Below, one piece after another: positions 39,015 to 48,873 of a stretch of DNA of 59,253 nucleotides. This DNA comes from Gekko japonicus. Taxonomy: Eukaryota. The first letter of the stretch is position 1, and each line of letters starts with the position of its first letter. The translations under genes were made by a program, and so were the position numbers. The notes beneath the pieces are model-generated. The model saw only the letters and a list, made by a program, of their open reading frames with translations, was not told the DNA's origin and did no database searches. The stretch spans positions 151,870 through 211,122 of the forward strand of contig NW_015167097.1 of the NCBI RefSeq assembly GCF_001447785.1, written 5' to 3'.

Positions 39015-39629
39015 AGGTAGGGAGAAAGTGAAATTTTTATGAATGCAATCCTATGCACACTTACCTAGGAGTAAGCACAACTGAACATAATGGAGTTTCC
39101 TTCTGAGTAGACATGCACCAGGCTGATATTTAGGTCTTAAAATCTGTACAATGTGATTTCTTCCCATACTGTTCTATCCCCTATTAAAGAATTTCTGCTT
39201 ATTATTATTATTTGATCCTGTTGCCTGTGTTTCAAACAGCGAGTATCCCAAATCTTGGAGTACTGCAACAGTTTGAACACAATTGGTTCTATTTTTTTAA
39301 AAAAAATCCTCCATCTTTCTATTCACAAGCCTCCAAAGTATTTTACATACAAGAATTAAAACAAAAACAATTAAGCAGACAAAAATCAATTGAATCAACC
39401 TGATGACCGTCACAGAAAAACCGTAAACAGATTCTTAATTGTATCCTTGTAAAAGTTGGGGTGAACAATAATACGCAGAATATGCAGAATTAATCCAGTC
39501 TAAACCCACTGAAATAAAACAGCTTAGATTGGTGAAACTCCATAAAAAAAGTTTCCAGGTGGCATATATAAGGGCATCAGAAAAATGTCTGCAGAGCACA
39601 CTCAAAGAGTCATAACTATCCACCAGAAT

Positions 39630-39779
39630 TAGGGTTGCCAATAAACCTGGAGAAGAATGTCCTGCCAGTAGAGGCTTATTGTGTGAAATGGGCAGCTGAC
39701 GTTTCATGGCATGAAGTAAAACATCCTGTTATTCGTTAAAGGGGCAAGATACCTTTTATCCTGACAACTGGCAACCCTA
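39630..39779. mobile_element. Short hAT-type MITE
   Basis: TAGGGTTGCCA...TGGCAACCCTA TIRs; degenerate TSD ACCAGAAT/TCCAGAAC. Confidence 0.7.
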
Positions 39780-41648
39780 TCCAGAACAGGGCTTCAGCTG
39801 ATATTCTCTGTCCATGAGCACTTTCATGCACAATAAATACCCTGTTCCCAGGCCCACTAATGGGTTCACAGGTCAAAACCTTTTACATACATAAATGCTC
39901 TTATTGGACATCTCAAAAGCAATTCCAGCAATGTGGGGAAACAAAATGCTATCAAGGAAGCAATCCTAAACAGGCCTACTTAGAAGTAAGTCTATGTTAT
40001 TGATTGGGGTTTACTCCTACAAAGGTGCCTTCAGGATGTTACCCCAACTCCTTTTAATAGTTTTGTAAACAAACAAACAAAAACAAACAAACCCCTGCAC
40101 AACAACAGGTAGCACTGCAAATTTCAGAAATGTGAATTTGTGTTGCAAATATTATGGCTGACAGGATTTCTTCAAAGTGAAAACCTCATTTTAATCTCAG
40201 GTTGTTTCACAACAAAGTACAAAAAGTCTTCATATTTTATAAAAACTCAACTATGCAATATGAGTTCATGTAGCACAATCCCAGACACTCTACAGTAAAT
40301 TCCACTGAATTTTATTATTATCCCTAAAAGAGAGTACGTGGAATGAAGGCATCCTTCCTGATGGTTTTGAACAGCCTCCTGTCCTCCTCATTCCTCTCTG
40401 GGTCTGCGGCTCGACAGTTTCCGCAGCTAACTCTGGAGGAGGAGGAATGAAAGGCCCGGCTCAGAAGGCACACTGGTGGCAACGAGAGCCTTCCGTCGCG
40501 TCCAGCTCTTGACCAACCCAAGGCGGGTCGATGATCTGCTGAGAGCTTGGTCCTCCTTCCCAGATAAGGCTCGTACATTCTAAACTGGGTCGGAATAAAA
40601 AAAGAAAGGGAAGTCCATTAAATCTGGGGCGGTCCGCGCCCACAAAGTGTTAAGATTCTTGGCGGGAGATTTTTGAACTGAGAAAAACTGGCAAAAAGGG
40701 ACAGATTTTTAAGATCTCTTTAAAGAGCACACTGCATCAGTGGGGTGCCTCCAAAAGAATTCGTGGAGATGCTCTTTTTAACCCCACACATTTAAAGTTT
40801 GCCTATTCCCCCGAAGGGTCAGAACTGAAATTGGCATCTAAGTTCAACGTGCCCGAGGAAGCCGCTTCCCAGTCCGTTTGCTCTGAACGCTGCTACGGTT
40901 CAGCATCTACCGCCAAGCTGCCGCAAGTTCTTAAAGCATGCGGGCGGGGGAAATGGGGCTTCTAAGCCGGCCCCCACCATCCCCCTAGGGGGTCTCTCTC
41001 GCCCAACCCACTCACTCCCACGAGACGCAAATTCAACTGGATTTACTCCCTAGCAAAGATCGCAACTGTTCACCCGGTAAGAAGTCCCACTGATGTTAAT
41101 GGGATTTACTTGCAAGAAAATGAGTCAGAAGAGGCTTCACAACCTCTCCCCACCGCCACTTACATCATTCCCCACTTCTCTCCCTCACCCCCCACCCCGC
41201 TTCCAGCGCACTATCTTCGTCCCCTTTCCTGCCTGGAAGCCCTAAGCCGAGCAACAAGAGCGAGAGGAGGAAGAGAGACTCTATCACCAGGCGCCAGAGA
41301 CGTGGGGATTTAAGGAGAAAGCCGCTTAAAGAACTGAAGCTCTGATTAGGGAAATCGATTGCAACATTCAGGATCGAACCACCACTCCTGGGCCTCTTAT
41401 CTCCGGGATTTAAAACAGTGTTATCTCCCCCCAGTCCACACACACCATGATGACAGCCACGAATTTGCCTGTTTGAAACTCTACACGCTCCTCCCCCAGT
41501 CCCTTCTCCTCTTGGTTTCTCCCCGTGCAGGACTCCTCCCCCCCCCCTCCCAGCCCGGTTCCTCCAACTCCACCAGAACTCTTAAGCGGGTAACCAGATA
41601 TTCAAAAACAATACGTCAGCCCACAATGCCCTGCACGGAGCCCAGGCA

Positions 41649-41656
41649 TTACCTCA
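41649..41656 (+). promoter_or_regulatory. jun2 TRE (TTACCTCA), ATF2/c-Jun site
   Basis: Exact jun2 element in gcaTTACCTCAtccc context, as in the mammalian JUN promoter. Confidence 0.9.
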
Positions 41657-41777
41657 TCCCATAATGCTCCGCGAAAAGGGGGTTGAGAAGCTTCTAAGGG
41701 TGGGGTGGCCATGGAGATGGGAGCTTTTGCAACAGGCTGGGCCAGCGGCCCTCCTCCCCCCTGAGACGTCGCTGTAG

Positions 41778-41782
41778 CCAAT
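41778..41782 (+). promoter_or_regulatory. CCAAT box of the JUN promoter
   Basis: agCCAATgggaaggcc immediately upstream of jun1, as in mammalian JUN. Confidence 0.85.
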
Positions 41783-41797
41783 GGGAAGGCCTCGGGG

Positions 41798-41805
41798 TGA
41801 CATCA
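41798..41805 (+). promoter_or_regulatory. jun1 TRE (TGACATCA), autoregulatory c-Jun/ATF2 site
   Basis: gggTGACATCAtggg, identical to the known vertebrate jun1 element. Confidence 0.92.
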
Positions 41806-41809
41806 TGGG

Positions 41810-41819
41810 CTATTTTTAG
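41810..41819 (+). promoter_or_regulatory. MEF2 (RSRF) site CTATTTTTAG
   Basis: Matches CTA(W)4TAG at the conserved position just 3' of jun1. Confidence 0.92.
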
Positions 41820-41835
41820 GGAGTTACTGCTCGCT

Positions 41836-41872
41836 GATAAGTGTTGGGCTCCACGCTGGGAAAAGGCTCAGA
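41836..41872 (+). promoter_or_regulatory. TATA-like GATAAG and probable TSS/Inr (ctcAga ~41870)
   Basis: GATAAGTGTT about 30 nt upstream of GCTCAGAG, matching the recalled arrangement at the mammalian JUN start site; TSS position is inferred. Confidence 0.6.
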
Positions 41873-42814
41873 GTCGAGTTGAGTGTGCGGCGGAGAACGG
41901 GGAGGCATAAAGCAGGAGCGCTTCAAACGAGCGGCCCCAGAAGAGCCCGTAGCAAAGCTGTTCCCGGCGTTCAGTGACAACGCTGAGCGGCTGAAACTTT
42001 GCTGAGCGAACAGCCGGCGGGAGCCTCGTTAACGCTCGGCCGCTCCTGGCAACGAAGTGACTTCGGGATTCGCCCTGCTCCCGCGCCCTCCGCCAGACCG
42101 AGGGGAGAACTTGCCTGGTCAACCACCCCTGGCTGCTGAGTGGACTCTTCTGGACCCCGAAGAGACGGGAGCGAACGGGGCGGTTCTGACAACTTTTCGG
42201 ACCGAGCCCAGCCGGCGAGCGGGAAAGCTTTTGACAGCCCCTCCGGAGACGCGGCAGAGGACTCCAACAAGTGTGTTTGAAGCTCGCCAACGCTCCGGCA
42301 ACAAGGGCGCTCCCACGAGGAGGGGACTCGCAGTGGGGGAGCAGCCAAAGTTCCTGGACTTGTGAGTCGTGCCCAGATCGACAAGGGGCAGCTCTCAGGG
42401 GCTGAAAAGTTTCCCAAGTCCGGGATTCCTCGGTGGAGAGAGAAATCCCACCATTCAAGAAGAGGACTTTCTGTCGTTTGCGCTCAAGATTCTGGAACTG
42501 ATGCTTGTCCCGAGCTGTTTGAGCTGAAAAAGCGCCTGCTTGACAAATCCAGCCCTCCCCCTCTGCTGAAGGGGGGCAAGATAAAACGAAGAGCCAACCC
42601 AATGCCTTGTGGCTAAAAAGTAAGACTTTTTAGACTTAGTCACTCCTCTTTTTCGGAAGGACTCTTTCATTGTTGAGTTTCTTTTAATCGCGATAGGGGG
42701 TGAACTCTTGCGGCCAGACTCGGGGTTTTTTTTTCCAAGTGGAGGCGATTAGAAAAGGTTCCTTTCCTTGGTCCGTTCTTGGTTGTAAGAGAACCTACTC
42801 GTGGACTGTATTCT
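41870..42814 (+). other. JUN 5'UTR (~945 nt), CpG-island portion ~41870-42520
   Basis: GC/CpG-rich leader between the inferred TSS and the ATG; length similar to the ~1 kb mammalian JUN leader. Confidence 0.7.
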
Positions 42815-43756
42815 ATGACTGCAAAGATGGAACCTACTTTTTATGATGATGCCATAAATGCTACCTTTGTACAGCCGGAAAGTGGTACTTATGGATATAA
42901 CAATCCCAAAGTTCTGAAGCAGAGTATGACTCTGAATCTGGCTGACCCTGCCAGCAACCTCAAGCCCCACCTGAGGAACAAGAATGCTGACATCCTAACC
43001 TCCCCAGATGTAGGCCTCCTCAAGCTGGCGTCTCCAGAACTAGAAAGGCTGATCATCCAGTCTGGCAATGGCCTGATCACCACCACTCCTACCCCGACCC
43101 AATTCCTCTGTCCCAAAAATGTCACCGATGAGCAAGAAGGGTTTGCAGAAGGCTTTGTCAGGGCACTTGCAGAACTACACAACCAAAACACCATGCCAAG
43201 TGTTACTTCTGCTGCCCAGCCTGTTAACACCGGCATGGCCCCTGTCTCATCAATGGCTGGAAACAGTGGCTTCACTGCTAGTTTGCACAGTGAGCCTCCA
43301 GTCTATGCCAACCTCAGCAATTTCAATCCAAATACCCTCAGTGCAGCACCTAACTACAATGCAAACAACCTGGGCTATCCTCCTCAGCACCTAAACCCCC
43401 AGATGCCAGTGCAGCATCCCCGCCTTCAAGCGCTGAAAGAAGAACCTCAGACCGTCCCTGAGATGCCTGGGGAGACTCCTCCCTTGTCCCCTATTGACAT
43501 GGAATCCCAGGAGAGGATCAAGGCAGAGAGGAAGCGCATGAGAAACCGAATTGCAGCCTCCAAGTGTCGGAAAAGGAAATTGGAACGGATTGCCAGGTTG
43601 GAAGAAAAAGTGAAAACTTTGAAAGCGCAAAACTCGGAACTGGCATCTACTGCCAATATGCTGCGAGAGCAGGTTGCTCAGCTGAAGCAGAAAGTCATGA
43701 ATCATGTCAACAGTGGGTGCCAGCTAATGTTAACACAGCAGTTGCAAACTTTTTGA
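42815..43756 (+). CDS. JUN: Transcription factor Jun (c-Jun, AP-1 subunit), 313 aa, intronless CDS
   Basis: [12 protein letters not shown] start; delta/JNK-docking [11 protein letters not shown]; S63 (LTSPDVG), S73 (LASPELE) and T91/T93 (TTTPTPT) at human-equivalent numbering; FBXW7 degron [10 protein letters not shown]; basic region [20 protein letters not shown]; leucine zipper; C-terminal [13 protein letters not shown]. Confidence 0.99.
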   Translation: MTAKMEPTFYDDAINATFVQPESGTYGYNNPKVLKQSMTLNLADPASNLKPHLRNKNADILTSPDVGLLKLASPELERLIIQSGNGLITTTPTPTQFLCPKNVTDEQEGFAEGFVRALAELHNQNTMPSVTSAAQPVNTGMAPVSSMAGNSGFTASLHSEPPVYANLSNFNPNTLSAAPNYNANNLGYPPQHLNPQMPVQHPRLQALKEEPQTVPEMPGETPPLSPIDMESQERIKAERKRMRNRIAASKCRKRKLERIARLEEKVKTLKAQNSELASTANMLREQVAQLKQKVMNHVNSGCQLMLTQQLQTF

Positions 43757-44350
43757 AGAGACTAACAGTAACTGTATGTGGTAGGGAGAAATTAAGCAAA
43801 AGAGAGAGAGATTGGGGGAGGTGGAAAGCTCTCTGGAGGGGGGGGAGAAAATGTTACAAGGCATTGATTCCTGAGGGTGCTTCCCCAAAAGCATGTGTGG
43901 AGAGACTTTGATGCCATTTGTTCTGAGGTGGTGGCAAACCAGTCAACAGTGCTGTTCCTGCTCCGATGTGGCACAAGAGAATTTTTTTAGCATTGACCAA
44001 GACCTGCATGGACCTAACATTCAATGATCATTCAGTATTAAAGGTTAAACTGCAGTAGACACTGTAGATTGCTTTCGCTAGTACTCCTTTTAAGAAAAAG
44101 TTGGGGAGGGAGTTTGTGGGAAGCTAACAACAGAAGCTGAACTATACTGCCTGCCTTCAAGTCAAGTTGTGTATGTATATATCTTTTTTTATTTTATGAA
44201 AGCTGATTAATGTCAATAAAACTACTTCATGACTTTGTAAGTTATTTTTATGTTCATTTGGGTTCTTCCCAGTATTGTCTGTAAATAAGAGATTTTTTTT
44301 AGCACTCTTGAGTTTACCATTTGTAATAAAGTATATAATTTTTTTATGTT
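43757..44350 (+). other. JUN 3'UTR with miRNA seed matches and poly(A) signals
   Basis: CAGTATTA 44033-44040 and CAGTATT 44270-44276 (miR-200b/c/429 seed), ACTGTAGA 44061-44068 (miR-139-5p seed), AGAGATT 44288-44294 (miR-216b seed); AATAAA at 44215-44220 and 44325-44330 followed by U-rich tracts. Confidence 0.75.
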
Positions 44351-47300
44351 TTTTTCTGAAAACAAAAATGCAGAAAGGGTTGGTTTTATTTAAGAAAACA
44401 TCAACAATGCATCACCCACTTCCTCTGAGAACTTCTAAATCCAGCATAGACAGTGTCCCAACTTGTGGTTAGCTACTAGAACTGTTTTCCCTTTGGTTAA
44501 CAAACTCTTCTATAATCAGGGTCTAGAAGGACATATAAATGATCAACATAGCTTCTGCCTGTTCTTGTAAAACTATGCTCTGTGCAGAGCTAGTGATACC
44601 ATTTGTCAGAAGTAAAAAGAAGGGGTGAGGGGAGCTAAAAATCAAACTATTCCTTATACTAGGAATTTTCAAGTCTCATTGGCATTCCCATTTAGATACT
44701 CCATTAAGCAATTTTTGATAACATATCTAAATATAGAGAAGTGTTTTCAAAAAGGGAATCCTGAAATGGGAATTTGTCTCCTTAATGCTTTTGTTAACTT
44801 CTAGATGAAAGATGGTCTTTGTTCATGAGTATTTATGACTATGCCTGTTGTCCAATAAAATCATTCTAGTACTCTTTCCACAGATTTGAAATCCTTTTCC
44901 CTCTTTTTGTGGTTTTGCTCCATGACCTATTCTACAGCAAAGTGGGGGAAATAACTAGCTAGCTGAGGCAATATATTTTAAAACTTGTGGCATATGAAAG
45001 GTGCAGGCATTTTAGGACTGGCATTACGGATGCTGTTATATAAGGATTTGTTAATTAATATGTTCCCTTTTTTAACCTTAACTTTCTACCAGCTGAGTGT
45101 ACTTACAATGATGGGTGAAGGCCTATTAATTTCAATGCAAATTACAAATACCTGTTTGGTCTTAGTCATGTTCAGATGGAAGTCCTGGTGAGCACACTAG
45201 AATTTATTCCAAAGTAAATATCTTTGAGAATGCCCAGCATGTTTTAATGGAATGCTCTCCGTCAGCTACACATAGGATTTCTGCCCTCTTTTAACTTGGA
45301 AGCAAATCCTGTTGAGTGAAATAAAGCATACTTTCATGTAAGCAAAGATAGGAATGTGAGTCTGTAACCTTGGTCTATAAGCATTTTACTTGTGAATTCT
45401 ACTTACAATCAGCAGAACTTGTTTTTCAGAGTAAATTGGGCTGTAAGTCTGCTTACATGGGAATAAGTGCTATTGATTTGTATGGGAGCTATGTCTAAGA
45501 AAGCATGTTCAGTTTTGAGAAGATGCTGTTTCAGTTCAGTTCTAGTACTTGAAGTGGTTAATATTAAAGTGCTAAGCTTTTAAAAAACAACTCTGATACA
45601 TAATAGGAAAGTGCTTAGTTCATTATAAATAGTTTTTAAACATAGGATTCTGGAAGTATAAGTTAACTGTTCCAGGCTTCCTTTCTTTGGAAGACTAGTT
45701 GGTCTTGCTAATAAAAGTTGGCAGACCTACAGCAGCCAGAGCTTCTGCCTCATGTGCATAGTGCAAGACTCATGCCTTTGCTTTAAAACAAGCAAATTCA
45801 ACAGGTGTCACTTTGCCTAGTGACTGAAGTGCTTCAGCAGCTAGCTCTCTGCCTATCCTGCATAAGCTACAGANNNNNNNNNNNNNNNNNNNNNNNNNNN
45901 NNNNNNNNNNNNNNNNNNNNNNNNNNNNNNNTCCCAGTAGTTTTCCCCCTTGCCCCAGCACTGCTCTGTGCCTTCAATAGGTAGAAATTCTGCAGGGGGA
46001 AATCTTATTGTTTCATACATAGTTTACCTGATGAATTCCTATTTGGTTAAAAAGAAAAGCTGCTTGTTGGTGTTTTAGAAATATTTCCCACACCTTCATT
46101 TATTAATGGTGTTCATAAAGGGCATGAATAAATTTGTATGAAGTGGTCATGCAGAGATTTTGGATCCAAGTTGTCTGCTTCTTTCTATAAAATGGGTTAA
46201 TTAACACACCTCTTTCACTCATCCCTGTCAGCAGAAGAAATTCTGGAGTGCATTATTTTTTTACTGGTTATCAGACGTGTGCATTTGAATCTATAGTTAC
46301 CAGATAAAGAGTTATGGGAAGGAGCACGTGGTCTGTTGAGTGTACATAGTGCTGATGTAAGCAACCCGGAAGGTAAGTTGATTTTGACTATATGTAGGAA
46401 CAATCAGCAGAGGAGTGATGTACGCACAGCATAGCTGGGTGTGGCTTTGCAAGCTGCTAAACAAGTCCCAACTAGCAAAATAAGCAGGGCTACCTGGAAA
46501 GGTAAAGCCACAACATCTAGTTCTTTAAGGAAAGAGATTTTTAGTTCTAAAAGTTTGTCACAATAGAACATCCTGTATCTTTCAGATCACTCACATTTCA
46601 AGGAATTTTGGCCTATTTACATTGCTGAAGTCCATTTGGTGCTTTTTTCAATGGTATCTGTCTGAAAGCTCAATCCAAGAGATTTTCAGTACAAGAGGAA
46701 GGGGGGTGATTCCTTACCATCCCAGAATGTAACAACTAGCTACAGGTTGCTGAGCTTGATCTTGTGGAATGGTCAAATCAAATGCCCCCTTGCTTCTGTG
46801 GTATTAACCAATGTAAGAGAAATTCAATAGGTGTAACCTTTCTACATGGAAGTGTAGCATTACTGGTTGAATTTCTTCCTGGCATGGAGCTGCTAGAGCC
46901 CCAGGAGTCCTGCCAAAAACAACTCTGGCAATTCTATACCAAATGAAAAGTATGGGTATCTCCTTTTAGTTGGCAGAAGTTCTGTAGCTATTAACAGGTA
47001 GGAATCAACAGCCAAAACTTTCCCCATGGCTGCAATCTTCATTTTTGGAAAGGCTTTGTCTGTTCGTTTTGCCCTGATACATGACCATCTCAGTCCATAA
47101 ACAGACTGCTACACATATAGGAAAAAGGGAAAATATAGAGGTCTTGGGCATGAGTTTGAGTTCCCATGTGAGATACCCAAAGAAAGCAAAAAAGGCAATG
47201 GGAGTAGTATAGTAGTACCAGGCTGAGTGAGATTGGAGCTGATCTTTTAAAGTCCTATAATCAGTATATATACCTTAAGCATCAGTGTACAAAATTTTTA

Positions 47301-47354
47301 GTACTCTGATAGCCCCAACCATTGAAGTAGCATTGAGGTAACATGGAAACAAGT

Positions 47355-47632
47355 AGCAGTTTGGTGTAGTGGTTAAGTGCGCGGACTCTAATCTGGGAGA
47401 ACCGGGTTTGATTCCCCACGCCTCCACTTGCACCTGGCTGGATGACCTTGGGCAAGCCATAACTCTGGCACAGCTGTTCTTGAAAAAGAGCAGTTTCTGT
47501 CAAGAGTTCTCTCAGCCCCACCTACCTCACAGGGTGTCTGTTGTGGGGAGGGGAAGAGAAAGGAGTTTGTAAGCCACTCTGAGACACCATTGGGTAGTGA
47601 AGGGTGGGGTATAAATCCAATCTCTTCTTCTT
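47355..47632 (+). mobile_element. Full-length Squam3-like SINE
   Basis: Head agcagtttggtgtagtggttaag, B-box ggtttgattcccc, core cctacctcacagggtgtctgttgtgg, (CTT)n tail. Confidence 0.8.
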
Positions 47633-48530
47633 GAAAAAAAAAGTGTAGGGTTAATACACCCATTTATGTTCCCTGTTATGGGGGTAGCTATTTGGCAACC
47701 TGTAGGCTATATTACAGCACTGTCAGCCAACAGAAGTGACATGTCCAACAACTGACCAAATAAAATTGCACTTATTTTAGAATAAATGGAAAAGTAGCTT
47801 ATTGGCAAAAGAATCAAAAGCAACTGTTAAAAGAAATGTTACTAGTAGCTGTCATATTTTATTATGGAATTCTGGATAGCTGACTTCAAATGCCATCATT
47901 GTGTCCTAATAGCAAACTTGATGGTCTATTGCCTACCAATAGGGCAGCAAAATGAGGCCACCCTCAGATCAGGCATGCTTAAAAGGCTCCCCCAATATAC
48001 AGAAAAGCAGTAAATAAATCCACCAGCATGGCAACACCAGAAAATGGCCTTATTAATTCCAAACACCCTTCCAGGAGAGTAGCTAGGCATCACTTGAAAA
48101 CAGCTGGCATAGGAGAGGGTACGTTGGTATACTCAAGGCTGTTGGGGGTTTCAGTATTCTGAAGGTTGCAGGGCATTCACACATGACCCAGAGGGAAGGG
48201 GAGAAACAATATTTTCCTCTCTGCACTGTACTGCTCAGGTTGGAGGCTAAGTGAGCAGCTTTTTGTTGTCAACATTTTTGATAGGGGGGAAGAAAGAATG
48301 AAAAGACTAACGGGAGGGGAGAACTTGGCCTGCTAAGGCTCATAAGCATTTGAAGTGAAGAATTAGGGCAAGGGGGATGTGTGTTCCCTACTGCTGTGCT
48401 ACTCCAGGCCAAATCTATGAAGCTGTCTCATGCTACTCAGGCTACTGGTCCACCTAACTCAGTGTTGTTTTCTTCAACTGACACTGGTATTCTTGAGCAG
48501 AGGACAATTAAGATCCTCTAATTAGGGGTA

Positions 48531-48873
48531 AGGTAAAGGTTCCCTTGCTCGAAAGCCAGTCGATTCTGACTCTAGGGTTGCGGTGCTCATCTCCGTTTCA
48601 AAGCCGAAGAGCCAGCACTGTCCGAAGACGTTTCCGTGGTCATGTGGCTGGCATGACTAAACACCAAGTCGCACGGAACGCTGTTACCTTCCCACCAAAG
48701 TGGTACCTATTTATCTACTTGCAGTTTCTTGCTTTCGAACTGCTAGGTTGGCAGGAGCTGGAACTAGAGACGGGAGCTCACCCCGTCTTGCGGCACCCGG
48801 GTCTCGAACTGCTGAACTACCGACCTTCCACAGCCTGCAGTTCAGCGTCTTAACCACTTGAGCCACCGCAGCG
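48531..48873 (-). mobile_element. Full-length Sauria SINE inserted into an older tRNA-SINE
   Basis: (AAGGT) tail, complete head; 16-bp TSD CCTCTAATTAGGGGTA at 48515-48530 and 48874-48889. Confidence 0.92.

Noticed and set aside
40659-40677. Possible CDE-CHR (DREAM) element TTGGCGGGAGATTTTTGAA
   Set aside because: The spacer between GGCGG and TTTGAA is 6 nt rather than the required 4 nt.
42779-42814. 12-aa N-terminal extension of JUN in the ORF track
   Set aside because: Starts at TTG; the conserved vertebrate start is MTAKME at 42815.
41868-43705. Long antisense/overlapping ORFs across the JUN leader and CDS (e.g. 244 aa at 41868-42602)
   Set aside because: Expected in GC-rich sequence and as antisense shadows of a CDS; no recognisable domain.
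47355-47425. tRNA-like sequences (also at ~8025, ~35300 and ~48800)
   Set aside because: These are SINE heads continuing into SINE bodies, not tRNA genes.
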